A stretch of 64,000 bases of DNA from an uncultured delta proteobacterium (lineage in GTDB: Bacteria; Myxococcota; Myxococcia; SLRQ01). The DNA is taken from contig CAVSGM010000001.1 of NCBI GenBank assembly GCA_963727485.1, positions 448,001-512,000 of the forward strand, in the 5' to 3' direction. The notes beneath the pieces were generated by a model, which ran no database searches, was not told the origin of the DNA, and was given only the letters and a program-made list of their open reading frames with translations. Both the position numbers and the translations under genes were made by a program. Positions within the stretch are counted from its first letter, which is position 1. Every line of letters starts with the position of its first letter. Shown here piece after piece: positions 40,334 to 48,694 of the stretch.

Positions 40334-41142
40334 CCGGGCCGCACCCCGAGGAGGCCGGGCGTCTCGCCGACCGCCTCGCCCGGCGCCTGGCGTCGGTGGA
40401 GGGCCCGGCCCGGCCCCACCTCGCCCGGGACGTGCTCCTGGGGCTCTCGCCGGAGCTGGGGGTGGCGCTCCTCGAGGCCCTGGTCGACAGGCGCAAGGCC
40501 GGCGACGGGCGGGCCACCGAGGCCCTGGCGGCGGTGGGGGCGGCCCTCTCCGAGCTCGGCGAGGTCGAGGCCGCCAGCGATCTCTACCGGGCCGCCCGGG
40601 GCCGGGGCCGGGAGGACGTGGCCCGGCTGCTGATGCGACCGGCGCCGGCGAAGCGCTTCGATCCCCTGGAGGAGCGCGGCGTCGACCACCAGATGCGCAA
40701 GGTGGCCGTGGGCACCCGCAAGCAGATGGCCCGGGCGGCGGACCCGGTGGTGCGCACCCGGCTCCTCGCCGATCCCGACCCGAGCGTCATCGCCAACCTC
40801 CTGCGCCACCCGCGCCTCACCGAGCCCGAGGTGGTGCGCATCGCCGCCCGGCGCCCGGCCCGCCCCGAGGTCCTCGGCGAGGTCTACCGGAGCCCGCGGT
40901 GGCGGGTGCGGGGCCGGGTGCGGGTGGCCCTCGCCAACAACCCCTACACCCCCACCGAGATCGTCCTGAAGCTGGTGCCCCTGCTCACCTTCCCCGAGGT
41001 CAAGGAGCTCGCCCGCAACCGCACCCTCCACCCGGAGGTCCTGCGCTCGGCCCGGGAGCGCCTCACCGAGGCGGCCCACCGGCGCAAGGTGGCCCACGAC
41101 GCCGCCCACCTCGCCGAGCTCGAGCCCGAGGGCGATGCCTAG
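40330..41142 (+). CDS. Hypothetical protein with HEAT/LRV-like helical repeats
   Basis: LLADPDPSVIANLLRHPRLTE, ALANNPYTP. ATGA coupling to the upstream gene. Confidence 0.7.
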   Translation: MTGPHPEEAGRLADRLARRLASVEGPARPHLARDVLLGLSPELGVALLEALVDRRKAGDGRATEALAAVGAALSELGEVEAASDLYRAARGRGREDVARLLMRPAPAKRFDPLEERGVDHQMRKVAVGTRKQMARAADPVVRTRLLADPDPSVIANLLRHPRLTEPEVVRIAARRPARPEVLGEVYRSPRWRVRGRVRVALANNPYTPTEIVLKLVPLLTFPEVKELARNRTLHPEVLRSARERLTEAAHRRKVAHDAAHLAELEPEGDA

Positions 41143-41151
41143 GCGCGGCGG

Positions 41152-41298
41152 TCAGGCGCGGTCTTCGTCGTCGTCCTCGAGGGCGTCCCCCCGGTGCAGG
41201 GCGCGGCCGATGGCGTCGCCGAGGTCCGGGAGGCGCGAGGCCCCGAAGACCAGCACCAGGACGATCACGATGAGGATCCACTCGGTGACGGTGGGCAC
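41152..41298 (-). CDS. tatA: Twin-arginine translocase TatA/TatE subunit (48 aa; absent from the ORF track)
   Basis: Hand translation: MPTVTEWILIVIVLVLVFGASRLPDLGDAIGRALHRGDALEDDDEDRA. Confidence 0.85.
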   Translation of the reverse strand: MPTVTEWILIVIVLVLVFGASRLPDLGDAIGRALHRGDALEDDDEDRA

Positions 41299-41334
41299 GC
41301 TCGTGCCCTAGCACGTCACCGGCGGAGGCGGAAG

Positions 41335-42078
41335 ATGCAGGTCCTCGCCCACCGGGGCGCCAGCCACCTCGAGACCGAGAACACCCTCGAGGCCTTCGCC
41401 CGGGCGGTGGCCCTCGGCGCCGACGGGGTGGAGCTCGACGTGCAGCGCTGTGCCACCGGCGAGGTGGTGGTGTTTCACGACGCCGACCTCGCCCGCCTCG
41501 CCGGCCGCCCCGAGCGGGTGGTGGACCTGCCGCTGGCCGAGCTGCGCCGCCTCCGCCTCGAAGGCGGCGGCGCCATCCCCACCCTCGCCGAGGTCTACGA
41601 GGCGGTGGGCCCGCGGTGCGTGGTGAACGTGGAGCTCAAGCTCGACCGCGCGTGGCCCACCGGCCTCGAGCAGGCGACCTGCGAGGTGGTGCGCCGGGCC
41701 GGGGCGACCGGGCGCACGGTGTTCTCCTGCTTCCACCCGGTGCCCCTGTGGCGCCTCTGGCGCCTGGCGCCCGGGATCCCCCGGGCGCTCCTCTTCGGCA
41801 CCGAGCAGGCGCTCCCCCTGCGCCACGGCCTCCACGCCCTCGGGTGCCCGGTGCGCCGGGTCCACGCGGAGCACACGGTTCTCGACCGGTCCAGCGTCGC
41901 CGCCTGGCGCCGCCTGGGCGTTGCGGTCTTCGCCTGGACGGTGGACGACCCGGGGCGCATCCGTCACCTCGCCCGCCTGGGCGTCGACGGGGTGATCACC
42001 GACTGCCCGGACGTGGCCCGGGACGCCCTGATGGGCCTCGTCGGGGACCGCGACACCCCGCCGGAGCCGGGCGCCTAG
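41335..42078 (+). CDS. Glycerophosphodiester phosphodiesterase
   Basis: AHRGAS, ENTLEAF, ELDV, HD, NVELK, WTVDD, GVDGVITD. Confidence 0.92.
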   Translation: MQVLAHRGASHLETENTLEAFARAVALGADGVELDVQRCATGEVVVFHDADLARLAGRPERVVDLPLAELRRLRLEGGGAIPTLAEVYEAVGPRCVVNVELKLDRAWPTGLEQATCEVVRRAGATGRTVFSCFHPVPLWRLWRLAPGIPRALLFGTEQALPLRHGLHALGCPVRRVHAEHTVLDRSSVAAWRRLGVAVFAWTVDDPGRIRHLARLGVDGVITDCPDVARDALMGLVGDRDTPPEPGA

Positions 42079-43004
42079 TAGACGACGCCGACCTTGCCGG
42101 CGAAGACGAACTGCGCGGCCTGGCCGAGGTAGCCGGGCTCGTAGGTGGCCTCGGCGGAGAGGTCGACCAGGGCGGTGCGGAAGCGCAGCCCCAGGAAGAA
42201 CCGGTCGTAGCTGTTCTGCCCCATGACCACGTCCTTGAAGACGCTGTCGTCGGCGGTGGGATCGGCGACGTTCTCGGTGCCGGGGTTGAAGTCGATCACC
42301 TGGCTGACCGCGCTCACCCACACGTGCTGCCAGCCCGCGTAGGGCGAGAGCACCAGCATCCCGTCGACGCCAAAGGACTTGCCCACGGTGATGTCGAGGG
42401 CGGCGGTGGTCAGGCCGAAGTCGCGGTTGCCCAGGAGCCGGGTGCCCTGGCCCCCGATGGAGAGGTCGGGGAGGAAGTCGAAGCCCTCGTTGAGGGCCCA
42501 GCGGAAGCCGCCGGTGAGGGCGAACATCTCGCTGTAGGAAAGGTACTGGATCTTGGCGTCGGCCTCGAAGGAGAAGGGCAGGCCCTTGCGCACCTGGAGG
42601 ACCGGCATCAGCAGCCCCGAGTCGGGGTTGTGGACCGGCGCGGCCCCCGGCGTGGTGCCCTGGTTCACCCAGACCTTGCACTCGGGGTTGGCGGCGGGGC
42701 AGTCGGCGGTGTTCCCCGAGCTGGGGCCGATGGTGGCGCTGCTGTGGACCTGGGCGTACCGGGCGCCGAGGTCGAAGCCCCCGCCGAGGCGCCCCTCGCT
42801 GGCCGGGGTCTGCATCGGGGTGGGGGTCACGGCCATGCCCAGGTCGACCATGAGCAGCCGGAACCGGTCGTTGGCGGCGGCGTCGGTGTCCGGGTTCCCC
42901 AGGCGCCAGAGCTGGAGGTCCTCGCGATTCGCGTGGGCCGGCACCGGCCAGGCCAGGGCCAGGCCCCCGATGGCGACGAGCGCGATGAGTGCAGGCGACT
43001 TCAT
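42075..43004 (-). CDS. Putative outer-membrane beta-barrel protein
   Basis: Signal peptide ending AHA; RKGLPFSFE; beta-strands; C-terminal Tyr. Confidence 0.7.
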   Translation of the reverse strand: MKSPALIALVAIGGLALAWPVPAHANREDLQLWRLGNPDTDAAANDRFRLLMVDLGMAVTPTPMQTPASEGRLGGGFDLGARYAQVHSSATIGPSSGNTADCPAANPECKVWVNQGTTPGAAPVHNPDSGLLMPVLQVRKGLPFSFEADAKIQYLSYSEMFALTGGFRWALNEGFDFLPDLSIGGQGTRLLGNRDFGLTTAALDITVGKSFGVDGMLVLSPYAGWQHVWVSAVSQVIDFNPGTENVADPTADDSVFKDVVMGQNSYDRFFLGLRFRTALVDLSAEATYEPGYLGQAAQFVFAGKVGVVY

Positions 43005-43105
43005 CTTCCCCTCCAGCCGAGCGCGGCCAGGACCGTCCATCCCGGGACGCTAGCAGTCGGGGGCCTCTGGGGTCAAGAAATCCGGCCCTTTAGGCGGCCT
43101 GCAGG

Positions 43106-46100
43106 CTATTTCCCCGCGGGATCGGTGCCATGCTGGGCCACCGCCGCCTTCTCGCGCCACACCATCACCGTCTTCCGGCTCATCAGGTCGTCGTTCTTCC
43201 GGGCGAAGACCACGATGTAGTTGAGCCCGTCGGTGAGCGGCAGCCGGGTGTCGAAGGCGAGGGCGTCGGGGTCGCCGCTGCGGTGCGCCTTGAAGAACAC
43301 CTTCTGGTTGTTGAGGAACACGTACATGTCCCGGACGCCCTCGGGGTCGGTGACCCGGCCCTTGAAGGGCAGGCTGCCGGCGTCGGTCTTCAGGGAGACC
43401 GGGTGGCCGTTGACGGAGATGATCGGGGGCTGGATGGGCCAGAGGTCCGCGAGGTGTCCGGCGGCCTGGCCGTGCCCGCGGAGGGGGTGGGCGGCCGAGA
43501 CCGCGACGAAGCCGCTGCGCTCGCCGCCGAGCTTCACCCGGTAGAACCCGTCGATCCGGGCGGTCACCGGGAGCACCGTGCCCTTGGGAGCCCGGGCGAG
43601 GGTCTCGGCGCCGGCCTTGGCCCAGGCGAGGACCGGGGTGGCGGCGGAGAGGCGCACCGCCCCGTGCTCGGCGGTGGCCTTGGCCGGGTGCCGGGTGACG
43701 GGGATCCGGATGTCGTCGGAGGTGACCTCGCCAATCTTCGCGTCGAAGACGGTGAGGCGCATCTTCACCGCGTCCTTCCCGTAGCCGTGCTTGAGGTCGA
43801 AGATCATCGGCGCGTCGGCGGTGGCGCCCACCTTCATGGCCCCGATGTGGTGGCGGCCCTTGCTGATGTAGACCTTCTCGTTCTCGAGGTTCTTGAGGCT
43901 GGCGATGGTCTCCAGGGCCGGGCCGGCGCCCGCGTTCTTCACGTGGGCCACCAGGTGCACCGTCTCCCCGGGGGAGAGCATCCCGTCGCCGTTGCCGCCG
44001 GCGCTGTCGTCGACCTCCCAGGAGAGGAGGTAGCGCGGGTCGGGCAGACCGGTGGTGGCCAGGGTGGCGGTCACCGGCTCGGCGGCGGCGTGGCCCGCGG
44101 CGTCCACGTGGATCGCCACCTGCTCGGTGCGCGCCGGGAGGTCCTCGGGGAGCTCCACCGGCACCGTCCACTGGCCCGTCTGCCCGGGCTTCAGGTGGCC
44201 GATGACGAACTCCAGGCGATCGAAGAGGAAGGCGCCGGGGACGAAGAGGCTGTCGGTGGACTCGGTCCAGGCGTGCACCCGGTCGAGGGGGGTCTGGCCC
44301 TCGTTCTTCACGGTGAGCACCAGGTCCACGGTGCTCCCGGCCTGGGCCTTGCCCTTGGCGGTGAGCTTCACCGAGAGCTTCGGCGGCGCGGCGTGCTGGG
44401 GCGCCCCGGCGTCGGTCCAGTTCACCCCCAGGCCGGCGATGGCCTTCTCAATCTTGGCCTGCTCGGCCTTCTGCTCGGCGTCGACCACCGGCAGGGCCTT
44501 CTTCACGAACGCCTCCCGGGTGTTCATCCCCGCCTTGAGCAGGAGGTCCCGGGCGAAGCGCACCTGGAAGTCCTCCTTCCACTCGGTGGGGGCGAAGCCC
44601 TCGTCGGTGTCGGCGACGGTCTTGGGATCGGCGAGGTAGGTGAGCTCGGCCTCGGGGTGGCTCTCGGTCTTCCGGGGGTGGCTGGTCACGAAGGGCGTGA
44701 GCTTGGCCCCGGGGGCGGCGCCCTGGACGCCGGAGAGCATCTCCTCTTCGAGCTCCCGCTCGCGCATCGAGCGCTCGGGGGCGAAGACCGAGATGTCCTT
44801 CTTGGTGATCAGCGCCGGCCGCAGCCGGATGTCCGGGGTGACCCCGTGCTGCTGGATGGAGACGTTCCCGGCGGCGAGGTACTCGGCGATGGTCAGCTTC
44901 AGGGCCGACTCGTCGAAGAGGTCGTAGAGGACCTGCACCGAGCCCTTCCCGAAGCTCTGCTGGCCGACGATGATCGCCCGGCCCCGGTACTTGAGGGCGC
45001 CGGAGACGATCTCCGAGGCCGACGCCGAGTTGTGGTTCACCAGGACCACCAGGGGCAGCTTCGAGAGGGTGCCGGGGGCGGTGGCGTCACGCTTCTCGCG
45101 CAGCTGCGCCGACTGGCCCACGGTGGCGACGATGGTCCCGTGGCTCACGAAGGTGTCCACCACGTGGATCGCCTGATCGAGGAGGCCACCGGGGTTGTTG
45201 CGCAGATCGAGGACCAGGCCGTTGAGCTGGCCCCCCGCCTTCTTGGTGAGGTGCTTGATGGCCTTGCGCATCTCCCGGGTGGTGTTGCCCTGGAAGTTGG
45301 TGATGCGGATGTAGCCGACGTTCCCGGAGAGGAGCTTCGCCGGGTCGATGGAGTCGATGCTGATCTGGGCCCGGGTGAGGGTGAACTTGTGGGCCTGCTT
45401 GAAGGCCTTGCGGTCGACCCAGAACGACACCTGGGTGCCGGGCTTGCCCCGGAGGTGGTTCACCGCCTCGGTGAGGTCCATGTTGATGGTCGACTCGTTC
45501 TCGATGCGGGTGATGACGTCCTTGGCCTCGATCCCGCCCCGGCTCGCCGGGGTGTTCTTGAGGACCTGCATCACCGTGAGCTTGCCGTCGACGGTGCTCA
45601 CCACGAACCCGAGGCCGCCGAACTCGCCCCGGGTGTGCATCTTCATGTCGGCGTACTGCTCGGGATCGAGGAGGTTCGAGTGGGGATCGAGGGTGGCGAG
45701 CATCCCGTTGATGGCCGCGTACTCGATCTTGCTGGTGTCGGTGGTGGACACCAGGTGCTGCTGGATGAACTCGAAGATGTCCTTGAGCCGGAAGCTCATG
45801 TCCCAAAGCGAGCTGACCTTGCTGATGTCGAAGGTCTTGGTCGCCGTGCCCACGGTCACCGTCACCTTGCCGGTGTCCATGGCGTGGCGCTCGTCGACCA
45901 GCACCTCGGCGACGCGCTTCTCCACCGAGTCGAGGGCGGCGAGCAGCATCTCCTTGGGGTGGAAGCGGTCGGGCTCGACGTAGTGGTCACGGACCAGCAG
46001 GACCACCCGGTTGAAGAGCCGGAGCGCCGAGAGGTCGTGGTCGGCGTCGTGGGTCTCGATGCCGGCCCAGGCCTTGGGGCCCAGGCCCTGCTGCCCGAAG

Positions 46101-46183
46101 AAGGGCGCGAGCCCGAGAGCGAAGGCGGCGGCGACGGCGGTGACGCCGACGGTGACCAGGATACGGCCAGGCTTCCGGTTCAT
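43106..46183 (-). CDS. S41 carboxyl-terminal protease (MXAN_5808-like) with PDZ and C-terminal Ig-like domains
   Basis: LDPHS, GEFGGLG, DLRNNPGGLL, SASASEI, SFGKGSVQ. Confidence 0.92.
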   Translation of the reverse strand: MNRKPGRILVTVGVTAVAAAFALGLAPFFGQQGLGPKAWAGIETHDADHDLSALRLFNRVVLLVRDHYVEPDRFHPKEMLLAALDSVEKRVAEVLVDERHAMDTGKVTVTVGTATKTFDISKVSSLWDMSFRLKDIFEFIQQHLVSTTDTSKIEYAAINGMLATLDPHSNLLDPEQYADMKMHTRGEFGGLGFVVSTVDGKLTVMQVLKNTPASRGGIEAKDVITRIENESTINMDLTEAVNHLRGKPGTQVSFWVDRKAFKQAHKFTLTRAQISIDSIDPAKLLSGNVGYIRITNFQGNTTREMRKAIKHLTKKAGGQLNGLVLDLRNNPGGLLDQAIHVVDTFVSHGTIVATVGQSAQLREKRDATAPGTLSKLPLVVLVNHNSASASEIVSGALKYRGRAIIVGQQSFGKGSVQVLYDLFDESALKLTIAEYLAAGNVSIQQHGVTPDIRLRPALITKKDISVFAPERSMRERELEEEMLSGVQGAAPGAKLTPFVTSHPRKTESHPEAELTYLADPKTVADTDEGFAPTEWKEDFQVRFARDLLLKAGMNTREAFVKKALPVVDAEQKAEQAKIEKAIAGLGVNWTDAGAPQHAAPPKLSVKLTAKGKAQAGSTVDLVLTVKNEGQTPLDRVHAWTESTDSLFVPGAFLFDRLEFVIGHLKPGQTGQWTVPVELPEDLPARTEQVAIHVDAAGHAAAEPVTATLATTGLPDPRYLLSWEVDDSAGGNGDGMLSPGETVHLVAHVKNAGAGPALETIASLKNLENEKVYISKGRHHIGAMKVGATADAPMIFDLKHGYGKDAVKMRLTVFDAKIGEVTSDDIRIPVTRHPAKATAEHGAVRLSAATPVLAWAKAGAETLARAPKGTVLPVTARIDGFYRVKLGGERSGFVAVSAAHPLRGHGQAAGHLADLWPIQPPIISVNGHPVSLKTDAGSLPFKGRVTDPEGVRDMYVFLNNQKVFFKAHRSGDPDALAFDTRLPLTDGLNYIVVFARKNDDLMSRKTVMVWREKAAVAQHGTDPAGK

Positions 46184-46325
46184 GGAATTCCCGTGAAAGG
46201 TGGGTCGAAGACGGTAGGACACGCCATGGTAGGCGAGGCCCCGGCACCGATGCCAGAGGTCAACGCCGCCCGGGTGCTGCTATTCCCTTTAGTCCCTGCG
46301 GCGCACAGATGCCCGTGGGAACCGC

Positions 46326-47376
46326 TCAGCGATGACGGTGGGCATGCCCCAGGCGCTCGAGCGCCCGGCGCACCTCGGGGTTGTGGGGTGAGAGCCTCGC
46401 CGCCTGGCGCCAGCGCTTGCGCGCCTCGGCGTGGTGGCCGCCGGCCTCGGCGACCTTGGCCAGCGTGATCACCGCCCCCAGGTCCTTCGGGGCCCGCGCC
46501 AGGGCCTCGCCCAGGATCTTCCGGGCTCCGTCGAGGTCGCCCTCCGCCGCCAGGGAGGCGCCGAGGGCGGTGAGGATCCGCGGCGATCCCGGGTGGAGCT
46601 TCCGGGCCCGCGTCAGCGCCGCCACCGCCTCCTTCTGCTTGCCATTCCCCGCCAGCACCAGCCCCAGGTGCCAGGCGGCGCGCCAGTGGTCGGGCTTGCG
46701 CTTGAGGGCCGCGCGGTAGCTCGCCACCGCCTTCGCCGGCTGCCCCGAGGTCGCCAGGGCGTCGCCGAGGACGAAGCGCGCCTCGGGGTCCTCCGGCGCC
46801 AGGGCGACGGCGGCCTCGAGGACCGGCACCGCGTCCTTGGACCGGTGGGCGGCGTCGAGGGCGTAGCCCAGGTCGGTGAGGATCCCCGCGTCCTTGGACT
46901 TCGAGCGCTTCCGCGCGGTCTCGAGAATCCTTCACCGCGGCGTCGGTGTGCCCCTGGAGGAGCCGGGTCATCCCCAGCTCGTGCCAGGCCTCCGGGCGCG
47001 CCGGGTCCGCCTTGGTCGCCCGGTCGTAGGCGTCGATGGCGCCGGGGTGGTTCCCGTCGAGATCCCGGGCCATCCCCAGGAGGAGCAGGGCCCGGTAGTC
47101 CTTGGGGTCCTGCTTCGCCGCCAGCTCCAGCTCGGCCAGCGCCTGCTTCTGCTTGCCCATCCGCGAGTAGGCGATCCCCAGGAGCCGGTGGGCGCCGGCG
47201 ACGTCGGGCCTGGCCTTCACCGCCTGGGTCAGGGCGTCGACCGCCTGGGCGTTCTTCCCGGAGGCGAGGAAGCTCTTGCCCACCTGCACCAGGTTCTCCG
47301 GGGACATGGCGGCGGCCGGGGCGGCGAGCGCCACCGCGCAGGCGGCGACGAGGACCGGGACGAGTCGGGGTTCCAT
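46326..47376 (-). CDS. Exported TPR protein (frameshift near 46925)
   Basis: Signal peptide; TPR repeats continue across two frames. Confidence 0.75.
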
Positions 47377-47492
47377 GCCTCCAGGGGTACCGGAATGCGC
47401 GCCTCCCGCCCAGCCCCCCGACCGCCGGGCACGGGGTCCACCCCCCTGGTCTGGGGGAGGGTCGTCCCTAACGTGGTCTTGGAGGCAGCCAA

Positions 47493-48632
47493 ATGTTCGG
47501 AAAGCGCTACACCCTCTTCCACGTCTTCGGCTTCGAGATCCGGGCCGACCTCTCCTGGCTGGTCATCGCCGTCCTGGTCACCTGGAGCCTCGCGGCCGGG
47601 GCGTTCCCCTACTACTTCGCGCACCTGGGCCCGGTGGCCTGGTGGACCATGGGCGTGGTCGGCGCGCTGGGCCTCTTCGCCTCCATCATCCTCCACGAGC
47701 TCGCCCACTCCCTGATGGCCCGGCGCCACGGCCTCGAGGTGGGCGGGATCACCCTGTGGATCTTCGGCGGGGTGAGCGAGACCAGCGAGGAGCCCGGCGA
47801 CCCGCGCACCGAGCTGAAGATCGCCATCGTCGGCCCCCTCACCAGCCTGGTCCTCGGCGGCGTCTTCTGGGGCCTGGAGCTCGCCGGGGGCGCCCTCGGG
47901 GTCACCGACGCGGTCACCGGGGTCCTCGGCTACCTCGCGCTCATCAACGTCATCCTCGCGGTGTTCAACATGATCCCCGCCTTCCCCCTCGACGGCGGGC
48001 GGGTGTTCCGCGCCTTCCTCTGGGGCCGCCGGGACGACCTGATGAGCGCCACCCGCACCGCCAGCCGGGTGGGCAGCGGCTTCGGCATCGCCCTGATGGT
48101 CCTGGGCGCCGTCTCCTTCTTCACCGGGAACCTCATCGGCGGCGTGTGGTGGGTGCTCATCGGCCTCTTCGTCCGGGGCGCCGCCCGCTCCAGCTATCAG
48201 CAGCTGCTCACCACCCGCACCCTCGCCGGCGCGCCGGTGAGCCGGATCATGGAGCGGCCCCCGGCGCCGGTGGCCGACGACACCTCGCTGGCCCGCTTCG
48301 TGGACGAGCACGTCTACGCCTCGGGCTCCCAGCTGATCCCGGTGTCCCGGGACGCGCGCCTGGTGGGCTACGTGGACGTGGAGCGGGTGCGCACCATCCC
48401 CCAGGGCGAGTGGGCGGCCCACACCGTGGCGGAGCTCACCGAGCAGCTCTCCCCGGAGAGCACCATCGACTCCGGGACCGACGCCGCCGAGGCCCTCAAG
48501 CGCCTCCAGGCCGGCGGCCGGCACAGCCTGCTGGTCACCGAGGACGGCGAGATCGAGGGCGTGGTCAGCCTCGACGACCTGCGCCGCTACCTCACCCGGA
48601 AGGCCGAGTTCGAGCAGGGGGGGACCCGCTGA
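47493..48632 (+). CDS. Site-2 protease (M50) with CBS domains
   Basis: HELAH, GP, FNMIPAFPLDGGR; C-terminal CBS pair. Confidence 0.93.
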   Translation: MFGKRYTLFHVFGFEIRADLSWLVIAVLVTWSLAAGAFPYYFAHLGPVAWWTMGVVGALGLFASIILHELAHSLMARRHGLEVGGITLWIFGGVSETSEEPGDPRTELKIAIVGPLTSLVLGGVFWGLELAGGALGVTDAVTGVLGYLALINVILAVFNMIPAFPLDGGRVFRAFLWGRRDDLMSATRTASRVGSGFGIALMVLGAVSFFTGNLIGGVWWVLIGLFVRGAARSSYQQLLTTRTLAGAPVSRIMERPPAPVADDTSLARFVDEHVYASGSQLIPVSRDARLVGYVDVERVRTIPQGEWAAHTVAELTEQLSPESTIDSGTDAAEALKRLQAGGRHSLLVTEDGEIEGVVSLDDLRRYLTRKAEFEQGGTR

Positions 48633-48694
48633 AGCCGCGCGACTGACCTCCGCGCCATGAGCCCGCGGGCGGGCCGCGTGGTAGGCTCCGCGCG

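Noticed and set aside
43130..46468. Very long antisense ORFs (e.g. 43130..46468 +, 59467..62931 +, 1865..4204 -)
   Set aside because: Shadow ORFs of high-GC3 genes on the opposite strand, with no recognisable motifs.
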